Below are positions 9,528-18,406 of a DNA stretch of 59,210 nucleotides, one piece after another (position 1 is the first letter of the stretch; every line of letters begins with the position of its first letter). The notes below the pieces were generated by a model. It did no database searches. It saw only the letters and a list, made by a program, of their open reading frames with translations, and was not told where the DNA came from. The stretch spans positions 1-59,210 of IMG/VR virus record IMGVR_UViG_3300025889_000132; one strand, written 5' to 3'. The stretch is from a virus. Its lineage: Duplodnaviria; Caudoviricetes. The position numbers and the translations under genes are program-made.

Positions 9528-9699
9528 CTGAAACAGTGTTCCAGCGATAGCTGTCGCGAGAACGGGTTTCAGGGAAAGCGGCGAAATGTGGGCCGAGCTT
9601 CAGGGTGCCGTCGTCCCGGTACTTGAAAAGAGTCTTGCGGTCAATGCCAAGAACTTCTTCTGCTTTTTGGACGGGAACCCAGTGAGCGGGCTTGGACAT
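9481..9699 (-). CDS. Excisionase/MerR-like HTH DNA-binding protein
   Basis: 'WVPVQKAEEVLGIDRKTLFKYRDDGTLKLGPHF'. Confidence 0.7.
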   Translation of the reverse strand: MSKPAHWVPVQKAEEVLGIDRKTLFKYRDDGTLKLGPHFAAFPETRSRDSYRWNTVSVKKHLQKQGMMPLAA

Positions 9700-9836
9700 G
9701 GCGTGGAATAACGCGTGCAGATATAACGTAATTAGCTTTGCCACCTTGTCAAGCGGCTTAAGGCAAATTTAATCTCTTTATTTTTGACGTAAAGATATGT
9801 GGGCAAATTAAAATAAATTAGCGGCAACTAAAGAGT

Positions 9837-10199
9837 ATGTTTAACAATGAGCGAGAACCTCTTGCACTCCTCATTGAATTAACTCCGAAGTTAGCCAAGA
9901 AAAGATATCGAGAATCAATATATGACGCCTGGGACTGTAAATGTGGTTATTGCGGAGACGATGCAACGTCCCTTGACCATGTCATTCCCCGTTTCCGTTC
10001 TGGCTCAAGCAACCGAAACAATTTAATTCCTGCTTGCAGGCGTTGCAACACAAACAAAGCAAGCGCCAAAATGGAAGAATGGTACAAGCAACAAGAATTT
10101 TTTACTCAAGCTAGGATGGATAGAATCAATGCTTGGGTCACTCAAAACGAAGTAGACCTTTGTACGTTACAGAATTCTTTAATACCATCAGTCGCATAA
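9837..10199 (+). CDS. HNH endonuclease
   Basis: CGYCG...SLDHVIP...N..NLIPACRRCN motif. Confidence 0.9.
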   Translation: MFNNEREPLALLIELTPKLAKKRYRESIYDAWDCKCGYCGDDATSLDHVIPRFRSGSSNRNNLIPACRRCNTNKASAKMEEWYKQQEFFTQARMDRINAWVTQNEVDLCTLQNSLIPSVA

Positions 10200-10200
10200 C

Positions 10201-12903
10201 ATGGGCGTTTCATACGACGTTATCAATAAGGAGTGGTCATTTACACCTGAATCAACCTTAAGCAGAAGAAGTGTAAATTATCCTGGAAAACGTTATATGA
10301 ACGTTTCCTGGGATCAAACCACTGGAAGATATTCTTCGGGACCAAAAAATATCAGGGCAAGTGTATCAACCAGTCCAGATGGAGGGGCTAATAAAAGTTT
10401 TGAAATTCCTCTCGAGTGGGGTGGTTTTCCTTCCTACATGGACCGATTACGCGGTCATTTAGAAAATAATTTAGGTAAGACTATTGCATACAGCAGCGCA
10501 GTTCAGTCGGCTGCAAACAATTTTGGCAGAGAACAACCAGGCATTGAAAGACAGCTAAAAGAAGCAAAAGATAACGAGAGAATTAACAGAGACATCATTG
10601 ATCCATATAACAGACAGGTTGAATCGACAAATAGACAGCTTCCTCAAATTGAAGCAACAATTAATAGAACACAAGGAGATGATTATGTTGCCCAAAGAGA
10701 ACTGTTAAAACAATATGGCGTTGCTGGTTTAGAAGATAACTTCAAAGCTTTTTATCTAACGGAAAAGCTTCAAGAGTGGGATCCAAGTCTTGGAGCAAAA
10801 CCTTTATATGGTAATTTTGATTCCAAGTATTACCAAGATAATAACCTTGGGGCAGTACAAAAATGGAATGAAGCAGTTGCCAATGACGATTTAGACATAA
10901 CAGCTAGATACGGAAAGGATGGATACTACCTCTGGCACTACACAAACATAGGTCAACAAGCTGGTGCCAGGGGTAACGCACCAGAGGCTACAGAGGCTGC
11001 TACCGAGTATTACGAGAAACCAACCGATAAAGACTTCGAAGACGCCAGGACGCTCCAGCTGGGCGTCGATATGAACACGTCTGACGCACGTCTTCTAAGT
11101 GTTCCATATATCCAGGAGCAGTTTGAGGCTGCGTTGAACGGAGATCCTTATTGGAAGCAGATGGCAAAGGATAATTATTTATCCATTGACACTGAAAAAC
11201 CAGATGAATTTGCTGCTCTCTTTAGGCTCTCTCAACGGGATGAAGACAAACAAGTTGCGTTTGATCTCAACTTAAACCAAGGGTATGGCATTACAGAACT
11301 AGAAGATGCCATCAACCAGGCCGTCGGTGAGAAAGCAACGGTCGACGTTAAACGCTTTGGTGCTTTAACTCAGAACGTGTTGAAAGACACGATTGCTGAA
11401 ATGAAAAAAGCTAAGGCAAAGGAAGAGAACTTGGATCTCTTAAGAGGCTTTGGTGGCTTCGCAGAGATCATGGATATCAATAAAACAATTGCTAATTCAC
11501 TGATTAATGACACCGGAATTGGCGGTGTTTATGCATTGACGGGTGGTGGTCCATCTGAAGATGATTTAGAAGAACAGCTTGAAGGTCTGACCGGTGTTCG
11601 AAATAACGTTACTTACAACTGGCAACAGTGGTTTGATAACACATTAAAAGAAAAGTATGACGAGGAACTTGAACTTGGCTATACCGTAGACGAAGCAGAA
11701 GCAAATATTGGAATTGAGGCGGATTTCGCCAGGCAGTTTATTGAAGATTATCTGCAGCCTCGTTTTGATACATCGCGTTCCATGGACGAGTTTGTGGAAT
11801 ACCTCGACGTTAGACAAGAAGAACAAAACCCCTTCCAGACGCAGGACCTTGTTAACGCTGTTAACGTTGTTGCAGATCTGAAATCAAAACAATATCTTGA
11901 TCAATTAAAAAATGAACCAGGTCGTTATTTTGACTCTGAGTTTTATTTCAATCCAACCGGAGACGTAGCTAGGACTGATAAATATTTAGAACAAGCTAAT
12001 ACTGTTGCAGAAGATTGGGAAGCAGCTAAGAATGGCGATCCTTACTGGGCTCAACAAGCCTATCGCTTTGGTATCGATGTTAACGATAAGGACGCTTTTG
12101 CACGTATTCACTTCCAGGTAAAAGGACAGGGCCAAGGTTACGACGCGGCAGAAGACATTCTGAACGCTAGTAAAGTTAGTGATCAGATTTACATGAACAT
12201 TCTTCCTGCACTTGAAGAAGAAGCCCTAGAGCAAGGTTCTGTGTTTGGTCAGTTTGTTACACCAGAAGAATTTACAGAAGAACTTCTTCAGGGTTTGGAT
12301 CCAGGCGATAACGAAGAATGGAACGAAGTCCTGGAACGTTATGGTTTAAAAGATTTCAAAGGAAACTTAGATGAATTAAAGCAATACATTATTGAGACAT
12401 TAAGGACAGGTTCAGCGCAACGCATTAGGGAAGAAATCAAATACTTAAACGAAAAGAAACGCAAGCCAACCCAGCGTGTTCTTGGTCTTACATACATTGA
12501 ACGACCAGAAGATTACAAAACAATTGACGCAGAGGCTGAGACGCAACTGTATTCAGTGTTCAGGAATGCTGGATACGAAGGAACAGAAGATGAATTTTAC
12601 GAAAACATGTTCCCTGATCTTGATCGATCAGAACAACAATTATTGACAAAAGCCGGAACGGGAGAAGGACTCGAGTTTGCCGAAATGGACTTAAGTGATC
12701 CTTTTGCTTCTCTTGGAACGATCGAAGGTTTCTTTGGTACAGATGAAGAGGAAGAAAGTAAAGCAAACGTTAGTGAAGAACGGAAGAAAGAACTTGATAG
12801 TTTCTTCAGTTTAGAATTAGATCCAGATGAAGAAGAGGACTACAAGTCCGATACAGGGAAAAAGATCCTTGGCGAATTTACTTCTATCTTTAAGGGCTTC
12901 TAA
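10201..12903 (+). CDS. Large acidic protein, probably virion-associated, with an internal duplication
   Basis: 900 aa; repeated 'EAA.NGDPYW.Q' and 'FDS.[YF]Y' segments. Confidence 0.7.
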   Translation: MGVSYDVINKEWSFTPESTLSRRSVNYPGKRYMNVSWDQTTGRYSSGPKNIRASVSTSPDGGANKSFEIPLEWGGFPSYMDRLRGHLENNLGKTIAYSSAVQSAANNFGREQPGIERQLKEAKDNERINRDIIDPYNRQVESTNRQLPQIEATINRTQGDDYVAQRELLKQYGVAGLEDNFKAFYLTEKLQEWDPSLGAKPLYGNFDSKYYQDNNLGAVQKWNEAVANDDLDITARYGKDGYYLWHYTNIGQQAGARGNAPEATEAATEYYEKPTDKDFEDARTLQLGVDMNTSDARLLSVPYIQEQFEAALNGDPYWKQMAKDNYLSIDTEKPDEFAALFRLSQRDEDKQVAFDLNLNQGYGITELEDAINQAVGEKATVDVKRFGALTQNVLKDTIAEMKKAKAKEENLDLLRGFGGFAEIMDINKTIANSLINDTGIGGVYALTGGGPSEDDLEEQLEGLTGVRNNVTYNWQQWFDNTLKEKYDEELELGYTVDEAEANIGIEADFARQFIEDYLQPRFDTSRSMDEFVEYLDVRQEEQNPFQTQDLVNAVNVVADLKSKQYLDQLKNEPGRYFDSEFYFNPTGDVARTDKYLEQANTVAEDWEAAKNGDPYWAQQAYRFGIDVNDKDAFARIHFQVKGQGQGYDAAEDILNASKVSDQIYMNILPALEEEALEQGSVFGQFVTPEEFTEELLQGLDPGDNEEWNEVLERYGLKDFKGNLDELKQYIIETLRTGSAQRIREEIKYLNEKKRKPTQRVLGLTYIERPEDYKTIDAEAETQLYSVFRNAGYEGTEDEFYENMFPDLDRSEQQLLTKAGTGEGLEFAEMDLSDPFASLGTIEGFFGTDEEEESKANVSEERKKELDSFFSLELDPDEEEDYKSDTGKKILGEFTSIFKGF

Positions 12904-13202
12904 TGAGTGATAAACCACGTAAGGCAGCAAAAGCAGCCAAATTAGCTAAAGACAAAATGGCTTGTAATAAGCCACGGAAAACACCAGGGCATCCAACTAA
13001 ATCACACGTCGTAAAAGCCTGTAAAGACGGCGAAGAAAAGATCGTTCGTTTCGGTCAACAGGGTGTTGAGGGTGCCGGTAAGAATCCGAAGACAGCCAAA
13101 GAGAAAGCACGTAAGAAGTCATACTACGCTCGCCATAATGCCCAAGATAGCAATCCTGATAAATTTTCTGCACGTTATTGGTCCCACAAGGTAAAGTGGT
13201 GA
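12903..13202 (+). CDS. Small basic phage protein
   Basis: K/R-rich; 'IVRFGQQG...RKKSYYARH...SARYWS' resembles a widespread phage family. Confidence 0.75.
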   Translation: MSDKPRKAAKAAKLAKDKMACNKPRKTPGHPTKSHVVKACKDGEEKIVRFGQQGVEGAGKNPKTAKEKARKKSYYARHNAQDSNPDKFSARYWSHKVKW

Positions 13203-13219
13203 TGTTCATTCTCTGAACC

Positions 13220-13336
13220 ATGCGCAAGAACTCAACTACTTTCCAATCAGCGCCTCCCAAAAAAACAAAACAAGGCCAGGGAAAGCATTCCAAGCCAAAT
13301 CATGGCCGTAAAAAGACACGCGGTCAGGGTAAATAA
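13220..13336 (+). CDS. 38-aa basic microprotein (…RKKTRGQGK)
   Basis: Not in the ORF track; fills the gap between genes; KK.RGQG C-terminus resembles small basic phage proteins. Confidence 0.6.
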   Translation: MRKNSTTFQSAPPKKTKQGQGKHSKPNHGRKKTRGQGK

Positions 13337-13371
13337 ATTATGTATGATTGAGGGTAACAATAGTTGCCCTC

Positions 13372-14061
13372 ATGTCAGATTATTTGCCTGCAATTAATTT
13401 AATCTGCAAATTCCAGGGCTACAACGAAAAGGCATACCCAGATGTAGAAACAGGTGGTTCGCCGTATTCAATTGGGTACGGAACACAATTTTATCCAGAC
13501 GGTTCTCCAGTGTGTGCGGGGCAACTATGCACTGAAGAGAAAGCAATGGAATACTTGATTAATGAAGTAGAAGCAATTAACGCAGACTTAGATACAATTA
13601 ATTTAAGGCTCGACGATTCCATGCGTCATGCCTTGATTTCATTTATACATTCAGTCGGTTGGGAGGCTTTCCTCTACAGCGAACTGGTCGACTGTATTGG
13701 AAATGAGAACTGGAATGGTGTCGCCATTGAGTTCTCAAGATGGATTTTCGATTTTAACTATCGCGTCATTGGCAATCTTGTGGATCGCCGTAGGGAAGAA
13801 ATCAAATTATTCTTGGAAGATTTGGAAGGCAATGCATGGCTTTCCAATGAGATTTTATTGACTGCGTTCCGTAATTATTCAGCTGCACCACATCAAGTCA
13901 GGGCAATCAGAAAGCTAGAAGAAAGCCTTAGCCCTTATGTCTTGGCTGAGTTTGCAAATGATTTTGACATTGCTGACAGCCCCTGGATCCCGCATTTTGA
14001 AATGGATGCGTCAGATTTTCTCTTTGAGCTAGATCCAGAGCTTGACAACGAATGGACTTAG
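13372..14061 (+). CDS. GH24 lysozyme-like protein (catalytic Glu replaced by Gln)
   Basis: 'KFQGYNEKAYPD....PYSIGYG', 'ALISFIHSVG' and 'LVDRRREE' match phage lysozyme. Confidence 0.8.
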   Translation: MSDYLPAINLICKFQGYNEKAYPDVETGGSPYSIGYGTQFYPDGSPVCAGQLCTEEKAMEYLINEVEAINADLDTINLRLDDSMRHALISFIHSVGWEAFLYSELVDCIGNENWNGVAIEFSRWIFDFNYRVIGNLVDRRREEIKLFLEDLEGNAWLSNEILLTAFRNYSAAPHQVRAIRKLEESLSPYVLAEFANDFDIADSPWIPHFEMDASDFLFELDPELDNEWT

Positions 14062-14091
14062 AATAAATTAACGGAACAACAAGAGTGATTC

Positions 14092-14382
14092 ATGGAGAGA
14101 TCAGCAGAACCTCGTGAATACGAGTTACCTTTAGAGTTGCAGTTTTCCATGCGGCGTGCTGAGCTGCAAGCTCAGGAGATGACCTGGGAAGAACTGCATG
14201 CAGCACTATTGAATTTGTTCCACCAGCGCATGATGGAATGGCAGGCAGTAAAACAAATCCTGGAATCTGAAAATATCAAAATTGAGTTTGATACTCCCAC
14301 AGACGTTGAACTTGCAGAGTTAGCCGCCGCCTACATGATGGAAGAAGACGACGACTCGGAAGATCCGTTTCTGCCTTACTAA
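14092..14382 (+). CDS. nblA: NblA-like phycobilisome degradation protein
   Basis: 'ELPLELQFSMRRAELQAQEMTWEELHAALLNLFHQRMM' aligns by eye with NblA (LslEqQF.......vq.Ms.eq....L..L..Qmm). Confidence 0.65.
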   Translation: MERSAEPREYELPLELQFSMRRAELQAQEMTWEELHAALLNLFHQRMMEWQAVKQILESENIKIEFDTPTDVELAELAAAYMMEEDDDSEDPFLPY

Positions 14383-14915
14383 ATACTCTCGTCTAGTTCA
14401 ATAAGACGTTTGAGATAAAATTCAGCTTTCTTTAGCGATTCGGTTTGCCCTTTCTTTTTTTCTCTCCAGACATATTTTGCAATATTTCCTTTCAGATACC
14501 CTCTGTATTCTTCTTTGGTTAATTGCGCTTCAATTGCCTCTATACATTCAATAGAGCCATTTTCTGCGTAATGGTCAGGGTGATTAACGTTGTCAACAAT
14601 AATATCTAACGTCGTCGTAACACCAGGGGCGAGTTCTTCTTGAGCAACAGCCCAGGGAACAGGACAGACTCCCCCTGGGCAATCAGACAAAAGATGATTG
14701 TCGAGTTCCTCTACCGGGTCAAACCACGTCTTTTCTGGGACAGGAGCATCTCGGTCGTAATGTTGGCTGGAGGTAGATTCTGGAGCCGCCCCACGGGCAT
14801 GGGTACCGTTCCCGGATATTTTGCTGCTTCCTCCACGCTCGGGATGTAACCCGTCTGACCAGGTCTCTTCATTCCCTCCAGGTGCAGATTCTTTCGCTCC
14901 AACCCTTGTTCGCAT
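14379..14915 (-). CDS. DUF3310 (SaV/T7 gp1.7-like) domain protein; start uncertain
   Basis: 'DNVNHPDHY..GSIECIEAI...GYLKGNIAKYVWR...K...SLKKAEFYL'. Confidence 0.8.
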   Translation of the reverse strand: MRTRVGAKESAPGGNEETWSDGLHPERGGSSKISGNGTHARGAAPESTSSQHYDRDAPVPEKTWFDPVEELDNHLLSDCPGGVCPVPWAVAQEELAPGVTTTLDIIVDNVNHPDHYAENGSIECIEAIEAQLTKEEYRGYLKGNIAKYVWREKKKGQTESLKKAEFYLKRLIELDESI

Positions 14916-15064
14916 GCTGCTAACCCACGATTATACATATCGTATAAGGGTACATCATTTTCTTCGTTTGCCAACGGTTGGCCAAAATCTAACTCACTTA
15001 AGCAGCGATTTTTAACTTCGTCGTTATCTTCTAAAAAAGAGCCTAAGAAACCTACGGCATCCAT
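14711..15064 (-). CDS. Hypothetical protein
   Basis: ATG-start 117-aa ORF, divergent from 15101; overlaps the DUF3310 frame. Confidence 0.6.
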   Translation of the reverse strand: MDAVGFLGSFLEDNDEVKNRCLSELDFGQPLANEENDVPLYDMYNRGLAACEQGLERKNLHLEGMKRPGQTGYIPSVEEAAKYPGTVPMPVGRLQNLPPANITTEMLLSQKRRGLTR

Positions 15065-15100
15065 TTTTGCTACTTGATTTATTCCTTTTACAATAATACT

Positions 15101-15475
15101 ATGGCAAGTTTCTTTGATCCCACCTACGATCCCAGGCAGGACTCGGGTTCTTCTGGTGTTGAAGTATCTGATTTAAATCCAGAACGCTTATATGACACAG
15201 ACTTGCGTCGTGTTGATGAAGACGCTCGAGCTTCTGCTGAATCAGTAAACGATAAACAAAGGCGTGTTGCCAGATTTATGAAATCAGCCAAAGCTGCTGG
15301 TAAATACAAACAGCGGGCTGGTATTGCAGAACCAACGATCAGAGGTAAAACCCCAAGAGGAATTGCCTCGATCGCTGGAACAGAACTCCCAAGTTTAGGT
15401 GACCGAATTGGCCGGGGAGGGAGCGTTAGCTACGCGGATAAACCCCAGCCATTTGGTGGGAAGCCTTATTACTAA
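15101..15475 (+). CDS. Hypothetical protein
   Basis: ATG after a TACAAT -10-like hexamer. Confidence 0.65.
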   Translation: MASFFDPTYDPRQDSGSSGVEVSDLNPERLYDTDLRRVDEDARASAESVNDKQRRVARFMKSAKAAGKYKQRAGIAEPTIRGKTPRGIASIAGTELPSLGDRIGRGGSVSYADKPQPFGGKPYY

Positions 15476-16059
15476 ACTTTAGAGAAGACCACTTCCTTCT
15501 TCTGGTTCTGGTACTTACCCTTGCGGTCTTGGTAAGTCACGGAGCAGTTTTTGCCGCGATAGAACAAGAGCTGAGTAATACCTTCATCCGCATAAATACG
15601 GTTGAAGAGTCCTGTGCAGTTACTGATCTCCAGGGTCAAGTAACCTTCCCAGCCAGACTCTGCTGGTGTGATGTTGACCAAAATGCCAGATCGAGCGTAG
15701 GTCGATTTACCAACTGCAACAACGGTCACATCTCGAGGTAATTTAAGCCGCTCTTGAGCCACACCCAAGCAATAACCATATGGAGGTAGCAAGAAGTACT
15801 TTCCTTGTTCATCCTCTAGGAGTTCGGTGGGCTTAAGAATATCAGGATCAAAGTTTTTTGGGTCGCAATCGCCAGCTTGAATTTTGCCGAAAACAAGACA
15901 TTGTTCAGGAGACAACCGAATGTCGTATCCATACGAACTCAGGCCGTAGCTCAGAATTTTTTTGCCATCACGTTCACTTTCTAGATGGTCAACAAAAGGA
16001 GAGATCATATCCTTTTCAACCGCCAGATCCCTGATCTCCCAATCCGCTAATACGGACAT
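15472..16059 (-). CDS. dcd: dCTP deaminase
   Basis: 'SYGLSSYGYDIRL', 'GKSTYARSG', 'TPAESGWEGYLTLEI'. Confidence 0.95.
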   Translation of the reverse strand: MSVLADWEIRDLAVEKDMISPFVDHLESERDGKKILSYGLSSYGYDIRLSPEQCLVFGKIQAGDCDPKNFDPDILKPTELLEDEQGKYFLLPPYGYCLGVAQERLKLPRDVTVVAVGKSTYARSGILVNITPAESGWEGYLTLEISNCTGLFNRIYADEGITQLLFYRGKNCSVTYQDRKGKYQNQKKEVVFSKV

Positions 16060-16096
16060 TCCCTTATTGCATCGAAGTACACAGTATAAATAAAAA

Positions 16097-16687
16097 TCAG
16101 GCCAAAACTCGACCTTTCTCGGAATAAACGTCGATAAATCGTTGCGTTGCTTGTCCGCAATCCCACTTAGGCTGCAGATAAACAATCACAGATGTGCAGG
16201 TTTTGTGGTTGCTCACACCTTCTGCAGTATTTTTTAAAAGCATTGGCACTGTACGTGGAATACACACAGGGAAATCAAATATCTTTTGCTCGTACCGGAT
16301 CATGTCCGGACAATTACTAAAGTAAATAGCCTGCTCAATATCATTGTCAAGCCAGCTTTTATAAAGTTTTGAGAACCAGACAGCATGGGATGATCTCAAG
16401 CTTGGTGAGCTACCCCTTGTTTTTTTCCATTTATCTTGTTTTTTATCCCAGAAGTAAGCACCTGCTGGTGGGAACAGATAAACTTTACCGAACCAATCCT
16501 GGCAATTTAAACCATCATCGGATGGTGTAAAAAATTGATCTGCCTGGACGTGTTCATTGGCAACCTTGGAACTAGCAACATCTAAATCAATATTGCCCAT
16601 CACTTCATTTGCAGAAGTAATAAAGTCCCAACTTGAGATCAGCTCAAGGTCTTCCCTCAGACCTTTTCTGATATCGGGTATTGCCAT
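16097..16687 (-). CDS. Phage N6-adenine DNA methyltransferase-like protein (NPPY replaced by FPPA)
   Basis: 'IDLDVASS...N..V.A..FFT..DDGL..DW.GKVYLFPPA'. Confidence 0.7.
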   Translation of the reverse strand: MAIPDIRKGLREDLELISSWDFITSANEVMGNIDLDVASSKVANEHVQADQFFTPSDDGLNCQDWFGKVYLFPPAGAYFWDKKQDKWKKTRGSSPSLRSSHAVWFSKLYKSWLDNDIEQAIYFSNCPDMIRYEQKIFDFPVCIPRTVPMLLKNTAEGVSNHKTCTSVIVYLQPKWDCGQATQRFIDVYSEKGRVLA

Positions 16688-17073
16688 TACTTTTCAGACT
16701 CTTTGTTGTAGTCGACTTCAAAATAACGAATCCCTTCTGCATCATTGATGATGTAACCAGCTTTTTCTTCTGGATCAATTTTTTGTGCTGCAGCAAGAAT
16801 GCGGCGAAATGATTCAGCCATGTCTCCTTCGTTACTGCGCTCACAATCTTCTTGAGCAGCGTGGATTTCTTTCAAGGTCCAGAAAAACATGGACCGCTCA
16901 CGGTTTTGGGGCTGGAACACCATCACCCCTGGTCCTTCTGCTGCCCACATTTTTACGTATTGTTCACCCATATCACCCAATACCAACCTGACGACGGTAT
17001 CGAGGGATTTTTCAGCGATGCTACCTTCAGCTCCATTGAGGGCTGCAGCAATTAATTTTTCTCTACGATTCAC
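16687..17073 (-). CDS. Hypothetical protein
   Basis: Coupled ORF in a minus-strand operon. Confidence 0.7.
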   Translation of the reverse strand: MNRREKLIAAALNGAEGSIAEKSLDTVVRLVLGDMGEQYVKMWAAEGPGVMVFQPQNRERSMFFWTLKEIHAAQEDCERSNEGDMAESFRRILAAAQKIDPEEKAGYIINDAEGIRYFEVDYNKESEK

Positions 17074-17528
17074 TGTTTTATTAGACCGTGCTTTACCAGG
17101 GATTCTAGAAGTTTAGGCAGAGGTTTGTAAATGACAACCAACTTGCCGAGGTTACCTCTTTTTTTAATTAGTTTTCCGTTTTCGTCTTTTAGCTTGTCAA
17201 ATTCACCAGAACGTATAAGATATTCCGCCACGCAACGTAACCGACGTTTAAGAGGAAGTTCCGCAGAAGGAAACTTACCGCAGATTGTGTCAGGCTCCAT
17301 ATCTTTAAAGGCCAAACGCAATCGATTGGCCAGCGTCATATTTGAATTTTCATCTTCTTCTTCATAGTTGCGAACATTCTCTAAATATCGGCGCAAACAG
17401 ATGTCGTCAAACGAACCTTCAGGAGGCAAAAACATTTCAACCTGGAGAGACAAGGAACTGGGTAGCAGTTCCCTGTGATTCTCAACCGTTATCAGTGACA
17501 GGTCGATGTCTTTAAACCGATGTGCCAT
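17070..17528 (-). CDS. Hypothetical protein
   Basis: Coupled ORF starting MAHRF. Confidence 0.7.
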   Translation of the reverse strand: MAHRFKDIDLSLITVENHRELLPSSLSLQVEMFLPPEGSFDDICLRRYLENVRNYEEEDENSNMTLANRLRLAFKDMEPDTICGKFPSAELPLKRRLRCVAEYLIRSGEFDKLKDENGKLIKKRGNLGKLVVIYKPLPKLLESLVKHGLIKQ

Positions 17529-17946
17529 TACGCTTATCGTGCTGTTCACTCAGACCTTCTCTCTTGTACTTGGGTTTTCGTTCTTGGAAATCTTCTGATT
17601 GAATCGTTCGGTTTTTTGCAAAGGATTGAACCAGGCGATTCCATGGAACCCGAATCAACGCTTTCTTTTTTTCCTCTGGACGAACGTTGACGTAATGCAC
17701 ACCAGCTTTCCAGCCCTTATCAGGATGTTTTCTGCCGATGGCAATCCAGTTCCTGATGGTTTGATCTGAAACCTGGAGACGACGAGCACATTCTTCTGTT
17801 GAGATGTATTCGTCAGTAAATAATTCAGGTGACAACTCTTGCGGGTTATCTCCTTGTTGGCTATGCCATATTGAATTTAACGCATTTTTGATCGCTTTTA
17901 ATTCATGCGCTACGTCTTCCAATCCTTTCCGAATTCCGTACTGCAT
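17512..17946 (-). CDS. HTH (HTH_17/excisionase-like) DNA-binding protein
   Basis: 'YISTEECARRLQVSDQTIRNWI...GVHY'. Confidence 0.75.
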   Translation of the reverse strand: MQYGIRKGLEDVAHELKAIKNALNSIWHSQQGDNPQELSPELFTDEYISTEECARRLQVSDQTIRNWIAIGRKHPDKGWKAGVHYVNVRPEEKKKALIRVPWNRLVQSFAKNRTIQSEDFQERKPKYKREGLSEQHDKRNGTSV

Positions 17947-18001
17947 GTCTCGCTTTGTTTTGTTTAAATGCTAATGTATGGGAAAAGATTTCGTTAGTTA
18001 A

Positions 18002-18355
18002 ATGGAAGGCGTTCCTCAATCCCAGGAGCCTGTTGCATCGGTCCCCCCTGTGGAACAGCCTGCTCAATTCCAGCAGCCGGAAATAACGCCAGAGTATTTC
18101 GAGGCGCTTAAGGCAAAAGCTCGTCAGGATGCCATCAGGCAAGTCATGGAGCAACGCGCTCAACATGCTCAGCTTCAGCAACAACAAGTAGCGGTAGCAC
18201 CCGTCCAACCTGAAGTTGTTTATGTCCGTAGAAATCTCACCGTTGCAGAAGTAATTTTGGTTTTTGCTTTGTCTTGTGGCATGGTTGTTGGCCTGCAAGC
18301 AGGCTGGAGTTTTGCATCTAATTTGCTTCCAAAGATCGAGATACGTGTAAAATAA
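18002..18355 (+). CDS. Hypothetical membrane protein
   Basis: Q/P-rich N-terminus and a C-terminal TM segment. Confidence 0.7.
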   Translation: MEGVPQSQEPVASVPPVEQPAQFQQPEITPEYFEALKAKARQDAIRQVMEQRAQHAQLQQQQVAVAPVQPEVVYVRRNLTVAEVILVFALSCGMVVGLQAGWSFASNLLPKIEIRVK

Positions 18356-18406
18356 GCTGAATAAAGATCGCCTATAATTCAATTTATAGGCTTTTTGGTT
18401 TAGTAG

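Noticed and set aside
17903-18382. 159-aa minus-strand ORF
   Set aside because: Antisense shadow of the better-supported 18002..18355 gene.
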